From an uncultured Eubacteriales bacterium (GTDB taxonomy: Bacteria > Bacillota > Clostridia > Oscillospirales > JAKOTC01), in contig CAZPLU010000030.1 in assembly GCA_964587625.1 (NCBI GenBank), positions 1 to 31,385 of the forward strand: a stretch of DNA of 31,385 nucleotides, written 5' to 3'. Shown here piece by piece: positions 31,047-31,385 of this stretch (position 1 is the first letter of the stretch; each line of letters opens with the position of its first letter). Both the position numbers and the translations under genes were made by a program. The notes beneath the pieces were generated by a model. It saw nothing but the letters and a program-made list of their open reading frames with translations, was not told where the DNA came from and made no database searches.

Positions 31047-31385
31047 ATGAGCAAAGAGAACATCGAGACCGTGCGCGCCTATTACAACGAGGGCTGCGAA
31101 AGCGAATGGCGGCGCATTGACGGGAGGCCGGAGTTTATGCTAACTTGCCGCTTTTTGGACCGCTATATCAAGCCCGGCGACCGGGTGCTCGACGTCGGCG
31201 GAGGGCCGGGGCGGTATGCGCTCTATCTGGCGCAAAAGGGTTGTAAGGTCACATTGGTCGACTTGTCAGAAGAAAACGTCTGTTTCGCGTTGCAAAAAGC
31301 CAAAGAGGCGGATTTAAAAGTCAACGGGCTGGCCTGCGACGCGCTGGAGCTCGACAAACTGATCAGCGAACAATACGACCATGTG
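31047..31385 (+). CDS. class I SAM-dependent methyltransferase (5' part; runs off the right edge)
   Basis: AAAGGA lies 9 nt before ATG 31047. The product starts MSKENIETVRAYYNEGCESEWRRIDGRPEF and has SAM motif I, VLDVGGGPGRYALYLAQKGCKVTLVDLS. The frame is open to the end of the window. Confidence 0.85.
   Translation, partial: MSKENIETVRAYYNEGCESEWRRIDGRPEFMLTCRFLDRYIKPGDRVLDVGGGPGRYALYLAQKGCKVTLVDLSEENVCFALQKAKEADLKVNGLACDALELDKLISEQYDHV

Overview
This looks like a chromosomal segment of an anaerobic Firmicute. The gene content is Clostridia-like, ribosome-binding sites are AGGAGG-type, GTG/TTG starts are frequent, and several genes overlap by 4 nt. Left to right the window contains:
- a truncated hypothetical gene preceded by a five-unit iteron-like repeat array
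- an HMGL/LeuA-family condensing enzyme
- a minus-strand glycan operon (two GT4, a TupA-like ATP-grasp, a GHMP sugar kinase)
- msrAB, a GH36-like glycosidase, a GNAT acetyltransferase, a decayed AraC-type regulator and a lipoprotein
- a redox/metallocluster island: ferredoxin-trxA, a divergent Crp-family regulator, then DUF5320, NifX-like, two MinD-type ATPases with inserted ferredoxin domains, and a second NifX-like gene
- a GT-B glycosyltransferase paired with a tripartite hypothetical protein
- an orphan solute-binding lipoprotein
- a second glycan operon (GT4, GT2) followed by a long Prs-like PRPP synthetase with its own consensus promoter
- the conserved rpmH-rnpA-yidD-yidC-jag block, with neither dnaA nor mnmE/mnmG beside it
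- an AT-rich direct-repeat region and a solitary MazF/EndoA toxin with no antitoxin gene
- an atypical MetRS-like ligase
- a promoter, 30-codon ORF and terminator forming a leader unit in front of a SAM methyltransferase.
The redox/metallocluster island is my best candidate for an uncharacterised system. I saw no rRNA, tRNA, CRISPR array, transposase or integrase. All family calls come from reading motifs in the translations, because no searches could be run. Hand-mapped coordinates of small motifs may be off by 1-2 nt.
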